Part shown: positions 18,838 to 27,657 of the stretch, piece by piece
Layout of the letters: each line of letters starts with the position of its first letter
How positions within the stretch are numbered: position 1 is the stretch's first letter
From: Escherichia phage phiv142-3
Direction: 5' to 3' (one strand)
DNA length: 39,293 nt
Sequence record: MN187550.1
Notes under the pieces: generated by a model
Database searches by the model: none
What the model was told of the DNA's origin: nothing
What the model saw: the letters and a program-made list of their open reading frames with translations, nothing else
Program-made: the position numbers and the translations under genes

Positions 18838-19182
18838 TTACACGCCCAGTTCTTTACGCTTATCTGCGATCTTCTCGCGGAGCGTTTCGGCTTTGGCGTT
18901 ATGGTGTGGCTTCTCGTTAAAGAGCAATTCGTACTCTTCACGGAGCTTATCCAGTTCACCATCATCTGACACATCGTTGATGATTTTGGTGCTGGTTGCT
19001 GCCATAGACACCTTTCCTGCTACCTTTGCTTTTGCCTGTCTGGCTGCATCGTTAACAGGTTCCAGTGCGCTACCAGGCTCACCTTCGTATTCGATTTCTG
19101 CCCCCTCCGGCCACAGAGTGTTATGGATATGAGAGAGGCGCAGAACGCGGTATCTTGGTTTCTCACCTGACATCAATATCAC
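18838..19182 (-). CDS. hypothetical virion protein
   Basis: 114-aa ORF in the structural operon; charged C-terminus. Confidence 0.45.
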   Translation of the reverse strand: MILMSGEKPRYRVLRLSHIHNTLWPEGAEIEYEGEPGSALEPVNDAARQAKAKVAGKVSMAATSTKIINDVSDDGELDKLREEYELLFNEKPHHNAKAETLREKIADKRKELGV

Positions 19183-19183
19183 C

Positions 19184-19621
19184 TTAACCAGTTACTTTTG
19201 AGCGGATCGGATACGGCGTATTGGCATCAACATCAAGACTGATACCCGCAGTGAATTCGCCAGCCGTTAGTGGGCCAGTTGCGACGGAGTAGTTAACACG
19301 CAGATATCGCTGAACACCGGCAGGCACCTTTGCAGAAACAACTCGTTTACCTGCTGTCAGGGCGGTCTTTGCCAATGCGCCACTATCATAAATAGTGGTC
19401 CATGAGCTGTTATTCTCACTCGTCTGCAACTGGATGTTTACAGTTGCATCACCGCTTGCTGCGGCGGCTGTGTTAACCAGCGCCCAAAACTCAAGCGGGT
19501 AACCCACGCCGATATCACGACGTTTTCCGTCAATTGGACCGAGATCGATTACGTCAGTAGAAGCCGCGGTATTCGTAACCGCCTGAGCTTCGGAGAACAT
19601 CAACAGTTTGTCGGTGATCAT
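19184..19621 (-). CDS. putative capsid decoration / minor capsid protein
   Basis: 145 aa immediately downstream of the major capsid gene; Ala/Thr/Gly-rich. Confidence 0.45.
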   Translation of the reverse strand: MITDKLLMFSEAQAVTNTAASTDVIDLGPIDGKRRDIGVGYPLEFWALVNTAAAASGDATVNIQLQTSENNSSWTTIYDSGALAKTALTAGKRVVSAKVPAGVQRYLRVNYSVATGPLTAGEFTAGISLDVDANTPYPIRSKVTG

Positions 19622-19672
19622 CTTCTTTCTCCATTAGTGGGTCTGTTACGACCCACAGGTTAATAACAGGCG

Positions 19673-20665
19673 TTACACCACGCGGGCTTCTGTTTCCAGA
19701 AGCGCATCAGTTTCACGGATTGGTACACCACGGAATGAAGTCCACCACTCGCCTTCTGTCTCTTTTACGCTGATCGCCAGAGATGTTTTCTCCAGAGATT
19801 GCAGATCAAGAGCCTGGCCTACAGTGCGGTTCATGTAGAACACCGGGCGACCCATGCCACGGTTTGGAATGCGATGCAGTGCTTTAACCATCAACTTCGC
19901 AATATTTGCGGCAGAGGAAGGTTCTGAAAGATTGCTGACATCGATGTTTGCAATGCGAACAACATAACGCCAGTCACGCAGAGCAAGTCCGTTGTCCCAT
20001 TTGTAATGGGTACGGTAGCCTTCGTACTTGCCGCCATTAGCATCTTCCAGTGTCACCTGGCCTTTATCTTCCATCTGGATGCCAGCCTTCTGCCCTTTCG
20101 GGAAGATGCCATGCACGGTGTTTTCGCCCCACACCACTAACCAGATTGAGGTGTTATCTGTACCCGTGCCACCAGCATCAATGATGTTCTGAGCATTACC
20201 CGCAGACAGGCTGGAATAGCGGGAGGACAGTCCCATAAACTGCTGAGGGTTAACGCTGGAATCACCATAAAACAACGTCTGCGCCATCTGCTGATTCATC
20301 GCTTCAATAAATGCGCGGTCTTCAGACAGGCGGAATTCGGCGGTATTACCGTTCAGATCAGCCAGTGACTTATCGACTTCAGCATAGGTTTCCAGCATTC
20401 CAACGGAATCGGTGACCTGCACTGTGGTTGATTTGCTTGGCTGTACGCCATAGTTCAGCAAACGCCAGGTGGCTGAAGGTAAACCAGAACGAATGGTGGT
20501 TCGGTGTCCGGTAGGAAGGTTCCCTTCGACAAAAGGCATATCCTGAAGGATCGGGTTAGTTTGACCGAGAAGCTCGATAATCTTATCGACTTTCCCGTTT
20601 GGATCGACGCGCTTACCCCAGTCAGCCAGCGTTAGCGCAGTTAAGCCTTTAACAGCCATTGTCAT
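19673..20665 (-). CDS. major capsid protein
   Basis: 330 aa directly after the scaffold-like gene; size and position typical for podovirus coat proteins. Confidence 0.7.
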   Translation of the reverse strand: MTMAVKGLTALTLADWGKRVDPNGKVDKIIELLGQTNPILQDMPFVEGNLPTGHRTTIRSGLPSATWRLLNYGVQPSKSTTVQVTDSVGMLETYAEVDKSLADLNGNTAEFRLSEDRAFIEAMNQQMAQTLFYGDSSVNPQQFMGLSSRYSSLSAGNAQNIIDAGGTGTDNTSIWLVVWGENTVHGIFPKGQKAGIQMEDKGQVTLEDANGGKYEGYRTHYKWDNGLALRDWRYVVRIANIDVSNLSEPSSAANIAKLMVKALHRIPNRGMGRPVFYMNRTVGQALDLQSLEKTSLAISVKETEGEWWTSFRGVPIRETDALLETEARVV

Positions 20666-20673
20666 TTCCTCTC

Positions 20674-21375
20674 TTATTTGCCATAGAGCACTTCGGCCGC
20701 ACTACGCTGGCCTTCATTACCACCGGTGACCATGCCATCTTCAGACATCGCCTTTCCGATTTTCACGAACGTTTTGACCAGATCAGGGTGATTACCCAGC
20801 CCGGTGGTGTTCAGATATTCTTTGAGCTCAGGTGTCCCGAACTGGTCAAGCGCACGCTGTGCGGCGCTAAGGTTAGAAATCAACTTGTCGCCACCGATTT
20901 CTTTGTCAGCTTTTACATCCGCAGCCCACTGCTCGGTTGTTTTCTGCCAGGCTTCTGCCTGGCGCTGCTGAACACCTGCCAGAATCTTCGGATAAGCATC
21001 AACCAGCTTTTGCGCTTGCTCGTTGGTCAGGTTAAGTTCTCGCGCCACCGGCTCGAATTCCTTCAACGCTTCTGTATCCAGCTCTACGCCTTCGGCAGCC
21101 TGAAACTCGTACTTCTCAGGCGCACCCTCTGGTTTATTGCCGTCCTTTTTTTCATCCTGCTTATCGTTTTCAGGCTTTTTGTCATCAGCAGGTTTATCGC
21201 CATCAGCAACAGGTTGTGGCTTATCACCTTCCTGTTGTGATGGATCACCAACAGGAGCAGGGTTATCACCTGCAGGCGCTGACGGTTCTGACGCAGCCGG
21301 AGCTGCTCCACCATCGACTGGTTGCTCATTGCAAAGACGGCGATACAGCAAACGCTCAAATAAATTCATGATCAC
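20674..21375 (-). CDS. scaffolding protein
   Basis: 233 aa, low-complexity acidic Pro/Ala/Asp/Lys-rich N-terminus and helical charged C-terminus; between portal and capsid. Confidence 0.6.
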   Translation of the reverse strand: MIMNLFERLLYRRLCNEQPVDGGAAPAASEPSAPAGDNPAPVGDPSQQEGDKPQPVADGDKPADDKKPENDKQDEKKDGNKPEGAPEKYEFQAAEGVELDTEALKEFEPVARELNLTNEQAQKLVDAYPKILAGVQQRQAEAWQKTTEQWAADVKADKEIGGDKLISNLSAAQRALDQFGTPELKEYLNTTGLGNHPDLVKTFVKIGKAMSEDGMVTGGNEGQRSAAEVLYGK

Positions 21376-21668
21376 TCCTGTTCACTGGCCTCTTTGGCCA
21401 TCTTCAAATACTGTTCAGGGCAATGCGCTATAACGCGCTGAAACAGTTCCAGCGCCAGATTGCGTTGCCCCTCATTAAATGCCATTGCCATAGCGTCCAT
21501 CGGTGAGATAGCGGAAAACACACGGCCTTTCTCCAGCACCGACCAGACAACGCGACGCCCCTGTTCACTGCTCATGACAAAGCGAATGTCATCAATTTCA
21601 CGCTGCGCCATGTCACGTTGCTTACGGGCGTTTTCTTCTTTCAGTTGATCGTCTTCGTAATCTGTCAT
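21372..21668 (-). CDS. hypothetical protein between portal and scaffold
   Basis: 98 aa, charged; overlaps both neighbours by 4 bp. Confidence 0.5.
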   Translation of the reverse strand: MTDYEDDQLKEENARKQRDMAQREIDDIRFVMSSEQGRRVVWSVLEKGRVFSAISPMDAMAMAFNEGQRNLALELFQRVIAHCPEQYLKMAKEASEQE

Positions 21669-23344
21669 TGTGATTGCCCACCCTGACCACTAACTGCATT
21701 CGCCATAGCTGACAACACACTCGGATCTGAAGTTTTAGCTTCGCTTAGCGTCTTGGCACCCTGTGCCGCAGCCATCCCCATCGCCATCATTTGTTGCTGC
21801 TGTTGCTGCTGTGCCCGTTGCTGGCGAGCCTGCTCAACCTGTTCCTGCGGAACAATGACGGTTGGAGACACTCCAGACATATCAGCGAATGCATCGATCG
21901 CCTGATCAACGTTGAGTTTGTCGAGAGCTTCTGGTTTCGCTTGCGCAAGTTGACCAATGAAGTTGACCGTAGACGCCAGACTGGACAGGCCGATAGACTT
22001 CTGCGCCTGAGCCATGACGGAAATGTATTCGACCTTCAGGGGCATACCTTCCATCGCGTCAGGCGGTGGCGGCAGCATGTTTTTACGCACCATCATCGAG
22101 AAAGCGCGGTCAATGAGAGGATTAAGACATTCGTCGTTCAGACGCTCCAGAACCGGCCCCAACATCAGAAGTTTTTCTTCTTTCATTTCGATCACCGCTT
22201 CAACAGGCATCGAACGGGTATTGATGTTCTGCAACATCATGAACAGATCGACAAAGTAGGCGCTGTTAATGATTTGGCGAGTATCCTGAATGTCTGCTAC
22301 CAGATCTGCTGTACTTGGGTTAACCAGATAAGCAGGCCTGAAACCATCCTGACCAGTAATCTGATCGATATACGTGATGTCGCCAGGAAGAAGGGAGGCG
22401 CGCTGATTCTTGAGGGAAGTCGGAGCAACCATCGGCGGATTGGTGGCTTTATCAATCAACTGCGACTTGCGCTTCTGAAGAAGCTGCAATGCCTTAACAG
22501 GTCCAAGCGCCAGCATACCAGGGCATGATGATCCATAAACATCTTCGCCGTTAACTTCCCAGCGCGGAGCCATAATTGGAAACTCATCGAATCCGGACTC
22601 ACGCAACAACTTGTCGTTATCGCCACCAACCTCGTAATAAACCGATTTGAATGGCTTGTTCTTGCTATCCAGCTTCGATGTATCGCGGTCAATGTTCGGG
22701 TAAACCGAATGCATCACTTCAATCCACTTCTCGTAGGTACCGCTTTCCCACATGCTTTTTACGGATTCGCTGACGTTATTTAGCCCGAACTCCTGAACAA
22801 GCTGACGAACAGTCATAGAGAACTTGCGAAAACAGGTGTCCACACTGCCACGAGGTGAGTTAGCCAGATAGTAACTGCCTATCGGGAATGGCATTGTGCG
22901 AATGATGTCCTCGTCATCCTCCAGCACCGCCATTGCACCAGTGCTGTATGTGCCGAGGCTTCCGTATAACTGCGGAAGAGACTGGTAGAGATTCGACTTA
23001 TTGAACATATCGTTCATGCGGTTCTGCACCGCCTCAAGCCACAACTTAACAGGGCCATAATCCATCATTTCAGGATCTGGCGTAGCCAGGCGAAACCACG
23101 GACGCGCGGGGCTTGTGATGCCTGACATCATGCCGCTGGCGAGAGTGCGCGCCGCCATAGTCCCGGTCGAATCAATAATGCGTGTATTGCGTCGATCGTT
23201 ACGGTTGACCTCAGAAGTCAGAAAGCGGGAACCACGCGGGTTGATGTAATCACTCAACTCGCGCCAGTGCGGCTCGAACGACTGACGCTCGCTTTCAAGT
23301 TGTGCGAACTGTTTGTTCAATCGCTCTTTAGTTGTTTCCGCCAT
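21665..23344 (-). CDS. portal (head-to-tail connector) protein
   Basis: 559 aa; position after terminase; Gln/Ala-rich C-terminal tail. Confidence 0.75.
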   Translation of the reverse strand: MAETTKERLNKQFAQLESERQSFEPHWRELSDYINPRGSRFLTSEVNRNDRRNTRIIDSTGTMAARTLASGMMSGITSPARPWFRLATPDPEMMDYGPVKLWLEAVQNRMNDMFNKSNLYQSLPQLYGSLGTYSTGAMAVLEDDEDIIRTMPFPIGSYYLANSPRGSVDTCFRKFSMTVRQLVQEFGLNNVSESVKSMWESGTYEKWIEVMHSVYPNIDRDTSKLDSKNKPFKSVYYEVGGDNDKLLRESGFDEFPIMAPRWEVNGEDVYGSSCPGMLALGPVKALQLLQKRKSQLIDKATNPPMVAPTSLKNQRASLLPGDITYIDQITGQDGFRPAYLVNPSTADLVADIQDTRQIINSAYFVDLFMMLQNINTRSMPVEAVIEMKEEKLLMLGPVLERLNDECLNPLIDRAFSMMVRKNMLPPPPDAMEGMPLKVEYISVMAQAQKSIGLSSLASTVNFIGQLAQAKPEALDKLNVDQAIDAFADMSGVSPTVIVPQEQVEQARQQRAQQQQQQQMMAMGMAAAQGAKTLSEAKTSDPSVLSAMANAVSGQGGQSQ

Positions 23345-23358
23345 TTCAATGACTCCGG

Positions 23359-23565
23359 TTACTGACCAAGCAGCGTTTTACCGCTGGTATTAGCGGTTGA
23401 TGTGTCGCCCTGAGAACCGGTAAGCAGCGTAGAACTACGACCAGCAGCAGCGCGACGGCGACGAGTTTCTTCGTCGCGGGCATCAACAACGGCGGCATCC
23501 TGCTCCTGTGGTGCTGCCTGAACTTCTGGTGTTGCAGGCACTGACGGTGAGCTACCCATGCACAT
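23359..23565 (-). CDS. hypothetical small protein upstream of portal
   Basis: 68 aa; GGAG about 8 nt upstream of the ATG; low-complexity sequence, so coding status is uncertain. Confidence 0.3.
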   Translation of the reverse strand: MCMGSSPSVPATPEVQAAPQEQDAAVVDARDEETRRRRAAAGRSSTLLTGSQGDTSTANTSGKTLLGQ

Positions 23566-23655
23566 ATCAATGACTCCGTACGCAATTAAATTATTACCAA
23601 TTTAACCACATATGATTTATTTATCGTAGATAGTTGACATTTAACGCACGAATTA

Positions 23656-23670
23656 TTACCTTTCAGGTAA
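23656..23670. promoter_or_regulatory. operator-like palindrome TTACCTTTCAGGTAA (site S4, identical to S1)
   Basis: Perfect copy of the S1 15-mer in the non-coding region between portal and tRNA; a TTGACA hexamer lies 17 bp upstream. Confidence 0.55.
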
Positions 23671-23992
23671 GTAAAGGGTTCATTCCGGTTATTAACCTGA
23701 CTGGCTTATCGTTAAATTGAACAGGTGGAGTGAGCTTTTATTTTGAGCAGTACGGCGTATGGCACATGCGCCGATAGCGGTCTGGATACGTTTAAGGGGC
23801 ACCCTCCCTTGCTCGGGCAAACGAACCAGGTAGCCGGAATGTGCAAGTCGAGCGGTTTTATTCCGCGCACGGGGATTCACCATCCCGGCGATTCGGTGTG
23901 ACACCTCGGAAGAGACGAGGGTGCAACGATGAGAGCATTTATGGAGCCGCGACAAAGTGTGGCGCCTTAACAGGCTAAGTGCTCTCAGCGTT

Positions 23993-24069
23993 GTGGCATT
24001 AGCTCAGTTGGACAGAGCAACCGCCTTCTAAGCGGTTGGTCGCAGGTTCGAATCCTGCATGCCACGCCA
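23993..24069 (+). tRNA. tRNA-Arg (anticodon UCU)
   Basis: Hand-folded cloverleaf: 7-bp acceptor stem GTGGCAT/ATGCCAC, D-arm GCTC...GAGC, anticodon stem ACCGC/GCGGT with loop CTTCTAA, T-arm GCAGG-TTCGAATC-CTGC, discriminator G and encoded CCA. Confidence 0.85.
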
Positions 24070-24112
24070 GAATCACGCCTAAGGACCGTGATGCCAGAAG
24101 TTCCAGGTGCTT

Positions 24113-24257
24113 GGCGGTGATGGTTTCCCTTGAAGGACTATCACCGCCCTTTTTACAGCAGGACGCCATTGCGATGACTTCATGCTGTAAACCCGTACAG
24201 CCACGGAAGGCAGAACTCATTGCTTCCAGTTCGCCCGGTTCGCCGGGCATTTTTTTA
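24113..24257 (+). terminator. two terminator-like hairpins downstream of the tRNA
   Basis: GGCGGTGAT...ATCACCGCC followed by CTTTTT (24113-24164), and GCCCGG-TTCG-CCGGGC followed by ATTTTTTT (24233-24257). Confidence 0.55.
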
Positions 24258-24299
24258 AGGTGTGAATCATGAAATACGAATTCGATGGATTTTAATGTC

Positions 24300-24342
24300 G
24301 TGACACGTCACAAACAGCCAGCCGATGAGCTGGCTTTGTTTT
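24300..24342. terminator. palindrome GTGACACGTCAC followed by hairpin AGCCAGC-loop-GCTGGCT and T tract
   Basis: Second copy of the GTGACA(Y)GTCAC palindrome, 4 bp from a hairpin with TTGTTTT; lies just after the terL stop in the convergent junction with the tRNA island. Confidence 0.5.
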
Positions 24343-24385
24343 ATCCTCACCAGAGGATATCAGCAGCATTATCCCCTCCAGAGGA

Positions 24386-25861
24386 TTAAGCATAGGGATC
24401 GTAATCTGTAATGGCCTTGCCTTGCTGGTTCTGCTGCCCGGGAATTCGCAGGCGCTTTGACACCGGGAAAGCAAACGTCAGCAGTAGCGCATCGCCTTTA
24501 CCCGGCGAACGCCCAAGTCGCTCTTTGATATCTTCCTTCTGTTCGATAACGATTTTACCGTCCACGCGAACTTTGTACTCTGCCGTCGACAGGTCGTCCG
24601 CTGTTTCCTGGTCATCCAGCATCCCGCCCAGCCTCAGCCATGTCTTGCATGAGTTGAACATCTCCCCACGCTTGTTGAGCATCTGCGGGTCAGTAGACGC
24701 GCCACCGAACGGAACAAGTTGCCATGTACGACCCCAGCCGTCACCGATTGACTTCAGACCAGTTCCGTAACCGAAGTCGATGAACACTGCGTCAGCCTGG
24801 TACTGGTCTTCAAAGTCAGCGATACGCTTCGCCATTATCAGATCGTCAGTGGTCTTGTTGCCAGTCCACAGCACCTTACTGTGCAGCCCCTGCCGCAGGT
24901 ATATCACCGCGTCATCAACGCCTGAATATGCCGGGTCAACACCGATTATCACCGGAGCATGTGCCACCTGCGCAGCGGTTACCACCCGTTTCATTGCCTC
25001 ATCAGTAAGACCGGTAGGGATAAACTGCAATTCAGATGCATCAGGGAATATGCCGCGCACACGGATTTTAACGAAGTCGCTGTCTTCCCCGTAGTCATCA
25101 ACCCATTTCTGCAACTGCTGTTTGTTAGTACCTTCCACCGTCCGGCTGTCAATCTGCGCAGTTTTCCAGCGGTGTTTGTATTTGCGGAAACATTCGCGAA
25201 AACGCCCGGTATTACGTGTAGGGTTTCCGAACGCCACCCAGATAATCTCAGTGTCTTCGTCCGTAAGCGCACCCTCAGCAACTTCCCACACCAGATCCGC
25301 AATGTTCGACGCTTCATCGAATACCACGATGATGCGTTTGCGCTCGTTGTGTAGTCCGGCGAATGCCTCAGTGTTGTGCTCAGACCAGGGGATTGCGTCA
25401 GCTCGCCACCGCTTGTCGTGCCCAGGATCATTGCTGTACATCGCAGTAGCGGTACAGGTAAACCAGTCTTTCGTGATAGCAAGGTTCGACCACTTGATAA
25501 TTTCCGGCCAGGTCTTCGTTCGTAGCTGGTTGTCGGTGTTGGCGGTCACCACGACCTTACAATCCTCGCAAGTGGACATGCCCCAGTTGATCAGCATTGA
25601 GATGAATGCGGATTTACCAATACCGTGACCAGAAGCGCGTGCCAGCATAAGCGGCTGATAGCGCGTCTCTGGATTCTGCAGGTGATCACGTATCTCTCGG
25701 AACGCATCAGCCTGCCACTGACGTGGGCCGGTAGCATGTGCCAGTTCAGTCCCCTCTTCCCCCCACGGGAACGCATAGAGGGCATAGCCAAGCGGATCGT
25801 GAGTGAACCCTGCAATATCCTCGATCAACTGCTCTTCAGGAGATAACGCTGTATCTGTCAC
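24386..25861 (-). CDS. terminase large subunit
   Basis: 491 aa with a Walker A-like ...ASGHGIGKSAF... ATPase motif and nuclease-like acidic C-terminal region; downstream of the small-subunit gene with 4-bp overlap. Confidence 0.85.
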   Translation of the reverse strand: MTDTALSPEEQLIEDIAGFTHDPLGYALYAFPWGEEGTELAHATGPRQWQADAFREIRDHLQNPETRYQPLMLARASGHGIGKSAFISMLINWGMSTCEDCKVVVTANTDNQLRTKTWPEIIKWSNLAITKDWFTCTATAMYSNDPGHDKRWRADAIPWSEHNTEAFAGLHNERKRIIVVFDEASNIADLVWEVAEGALTDEDTEIIWVAFGNPTRNTGRFRECFRKYKHRWKTAQIDSRTVEGTNKQQLQKWVDDYGEDSDFVKIRVRGIFPDASELQFIPTGLTDEAMKRVVTAAQVAHAPVIIGVDPAYSGVDDAVIYLRQGLHSKVLWTGNKTTDDLIMAKRIADFEDQYQADAVFIDFGYGTGLKSIGDGWGRTWQLVPFGGASTDPQMLNKRGEMFNSCKTWLRLGGMLDDQETADDLSTAEYKVRVDGKIVIEQKEDIKERLGRSPGKGDALLLTFAFPVSKRLRIPGQQNQQGKAITDYDPYA

Positions 25862-26454
25862 TGATTACCATCCTGACGTTCTTTGAGTCGCTTCCTGGCT
25901 GCCGCTATGCGATCAGCAATTGTCACATTCACATTAACATCCAGGCGTTCTTTGAATGCATTGACGTCGACGTGCTTACCAATCAGTTCGAGGTTCTTCA
26001 CCTTGTCAGGCCATTTAATTTTTTTGAGAATTGTCTCTATCGAATCCTCGTTCATGTTCATGATGGTCGATGACAGATCAAAGCCACTAAGCGTAGTGCG
26101 CCAGATTTTCGGCCACTCGCGGATTGGCTTAAGGCTCCCATCGTCATTGAGGATATCAATCACGTCCATCTGGTCGATCTCCACCAGGCGCATGAGAACG
26201 TAATCGGCACTGACGCGCATTCGTTTGTTGCGCTCCTCCATCAACTCGGCAATCCGTTTTTGAATGCGTTCATCGCGCATCATGACACTGGCTTTAACTG
26301 CCGCTGTATTTGGGGAGAATCCTGCGTTAATCGCTGCCTGAGTCTGGTTTTCAGGCGTTTTGATGTATGACTGGCAATAAGCCTCCTGCATTGCGGTTAG
26401 TGGCTTAAATTGCGTTGATTTGCGTTTATAGGTTTTAGGTTCAGCAGGCATCAT
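25858..26454 (-). CDS. terminase small subunit
   Basis: ORF 25858..26532; start moved to an internal ATG (MMPAEPK...) preceded by GGTGG, because the N-terminal extension would cover operator site S11 and a terminator. Confidence 0.6.
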   Translation of the reverse strand: MMPAEPKTYKRKSTQFKPLTAMQEAYCQSYIKTPENQTQAAINAGFSPNTAAVKASVMMRDERIQKRIAELMEERNKRMRVSADYVLMRLVEIDQMDVIDILNDDGSLKPIREWPKIWRTTLSGFDLSSTIMNMNEDSIETILKKIKWPDKVKNLELIGKHVDVNAFKERLDVNVNVTIADRIAAARKRLKERQDGNQ

Positions 26455-26471
26455 AACCACCATGGTAATTG

Positions 26472-26486
26472 TTACCGTTGTGGTAA
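26472..26486. promoter_or_regulatory. operator-like palindrome TTACCGTTGTGGTAA (site S11) about 20 bp upstream of the terminase small-subunit start
   Basis: Perfect TTACC/GGTAA arms; between an intrinsic terminator and the terS RBS. Confidence 0.5.
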
Positions 26487-26496
26487 TAGCACCATG

Positions 26497-26523
26497 CAAA
26501 ATAAAGCCGCCATAGTTGGCGGC
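26497..26523 (-). terminator. intrinsic terminator in the late-operon leader (GCCGCC-loop-GGCGGC plus TTTATTTT on the minus strand)
   Basis: Hairpin and T tract read on the minus strand between the zinc-ribbon gene and terS. Confidence 0.55.
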
Positions 26524-26564
26524 AGTATTCAAAACCCATCAAATTCATCATGCATAATCTACTC

Positions 26565-26576
26565 GTGACATGTCAC
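26565..26576. promoter_or_regulatory. 12-bp palindrome GTGACATGTCAC (third copy) overlapping the stop of the zinc-ribbon gene
   Basis: Perfect palindrome about 40 bp upstream of the leader terminator. Confidence 0.45.
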
Positions 26577-26920
26577 ACTATTAATTTAGTTTCATGCCAG
26601 CCTTTAGTCACCCAGCATTGCGAGTCACCATTACACGGGCATGAATTAACGGGAACTTTCTCGCCGCACTTACCGCAACGTTTTCTGCTAATCGATTTTA
26701 TACGCCCGCGCACGCGTGCATCATCCTGGCGGATCAGTAACGCTATATACTCCCCAAATTCGTAAGGCGCACGCCCGGGGCGACGCGTGGCACAGTTACG
26801 CTCCAGCATTTCAATTTCCTGAGCATCAAGCACAATCTCCAGCTTACGCACACCAGATGCAGCTTGTCTTGCTCTCTGAGCGGCTTTGCGCTCTGCGGGG
26901 GATTTAGCCACGAATCGCAC
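26573..26920 (-). CDS. small zinc-ribbon protein, candidate late-gene regulator
   Basis: 115 aa with C-terminal Cys cluster CGKCGEKVPVNSCPC; GTG start in the track; directly upstream of the palindrome-terminator-terS leader. The regulatory role is inferred from position only. Confidence 0.45.
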   Translation of the reverse strand: MRFVAKSPAERKAAQRARQAASGVRKLEIVLDAQEIEMLERNCATRRPGRAPYEFGEYIALLIRQDDARVRGRIKSISRKRCGKCGEKVPVNSCPCNGDSQCWVTKGWHETKLIV

Positions 26921-26935
26921 TCCACGCCAGATTGA

Positions 26936-27025
26936 TTAATGACTCCCAGGCAATATAAACCCGGATACCAGCAGCCAGGCCGAAACCAATCACCATGGCA
27001 TAAAGCAGAGCGTTGCACTTGTTCA
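26936..27025 (-). CDS. possible 29-aa hydrophobic peptide
   Basis: MNKCNALLYAMVIGFGLAAGIRVYIAWESL; ATG follows the upstream stop with GGAGGTGA 4 nt upstream; not in the ORF track because of size. Confidence 0.25.
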
Positions 27026-27655
27026 TTACTTCACCTCCTGCGGCGGCTCCGGTAGCAGCATCCAGTGGGTTACACCGCCAATTGGCTCATCGTCGTCGTA
27101 CTCCAATGCGGCTATATAGAACCCGTCACGACGAGAATAAGAAATCCCTGACATTACAATGCCATCCGAAACAACAATAATGTCACCCGTTTCTTCCGGC
27201 ATTCGCTCACTACAGCTTATCCAACCATCCGGAATTACCGGAGAGTTGCCGGGTTCTTTAATGTGCAAGCGAGGCTCACCATCTTTTGGCTCAGGCCACT
27301 GGCGCTCCATGTTGATCTTCAATTTATCTTCCATAGCAGCGGTAATTTCAGCATCGCTGATGCCAGCACGGCGCTGTGCATCCCACAACAGAAACTGCAT
27401 ATCAGCCCACTCGCTAAGATCTTCTGGTTCGGCTGCGGCTTCCAGTGCCTCTTTTGAGAGGTGTTTCAGTGGACCAATGGGGCCAACGCAGCCAAATGTG
27501 GAGTCAGACCATTTGGCATGCTCGTGGCGAATCTGTTCGCGTTCCAGTGATGCCAGTGCAATTCGTGCCAGTTCCATTTGTTCGCCACGAGTAAGCCCGT
27601 TTTCAAGCGGATTTTTAATGAACAATTCAATACGTTCTTTGGTAATAGTGGTCAT
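27026..27655 (-). CDS. hypothetical early-region protein with acidic C-terminal domain
   Basis: 209 aa; no recognisable catalytic motif. Confidence 0.55.
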   Translation of the reverse strand: MTTITKERIELFIKNPLENGLTRGEQMELARIALASLEREQIRHEHAKWSDSTFGCVGPIGPLKHLSKEALEAAAEPEDLSEWADMQFLLWDAQRRAGISDAEITAAMEDKLKINMERQWPEPKDGEPRLHIKEPGNSPVIPDGWISCSERMPEETGDIIVVSDGIVMSGISYSRRDGFYIAALEYDDDEPIGGVTHWMLLPEPPQEVK

Positions 27656-27657
27656 GG

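Noticed and set aside
8575-22528. Many 60-245-aa ORFs antisense to or out of frame within the large structural genes (e.g. 8575..9036, 10843..11319, 13708..14325, 16726..17115, 17416..18120, 21791..22528)
   Set aside because: They are fully embedded in long, well-supported genes on the opposite strand or in another frame, lack RBS, and have skewed Arg/Ser/Leu-rich composition typical of shadow ORFs.
24070-24260. A second tRNA or tmRNA-like gene downstream of tRNA-Arg
   Set aside because: Hairpins are present but no cloverleaf with a T-loop (GTTCRANYC) or acceptor stem/CCA could be folded by hand; it may be a small RNA, but not a tRNA.
23692-24474. Minus-strand ORFs 23692..23955, 23999..24250 and 24292..24474
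   Set aside because: They overlap the tRNA gene and its terminators on the opposite strand and have no RBS or protein-like composition; the region is treated as non-coding RNA territory.
26743-27018. 91-aa minus-strand ORF overlapping the zinc-ribbon gene
   Set aside because: It overlaps the better-supported 115-aa gene in another frame; only the short RBS-preceded 29-aa frame at 26936..27025 was retained, at low confidence.
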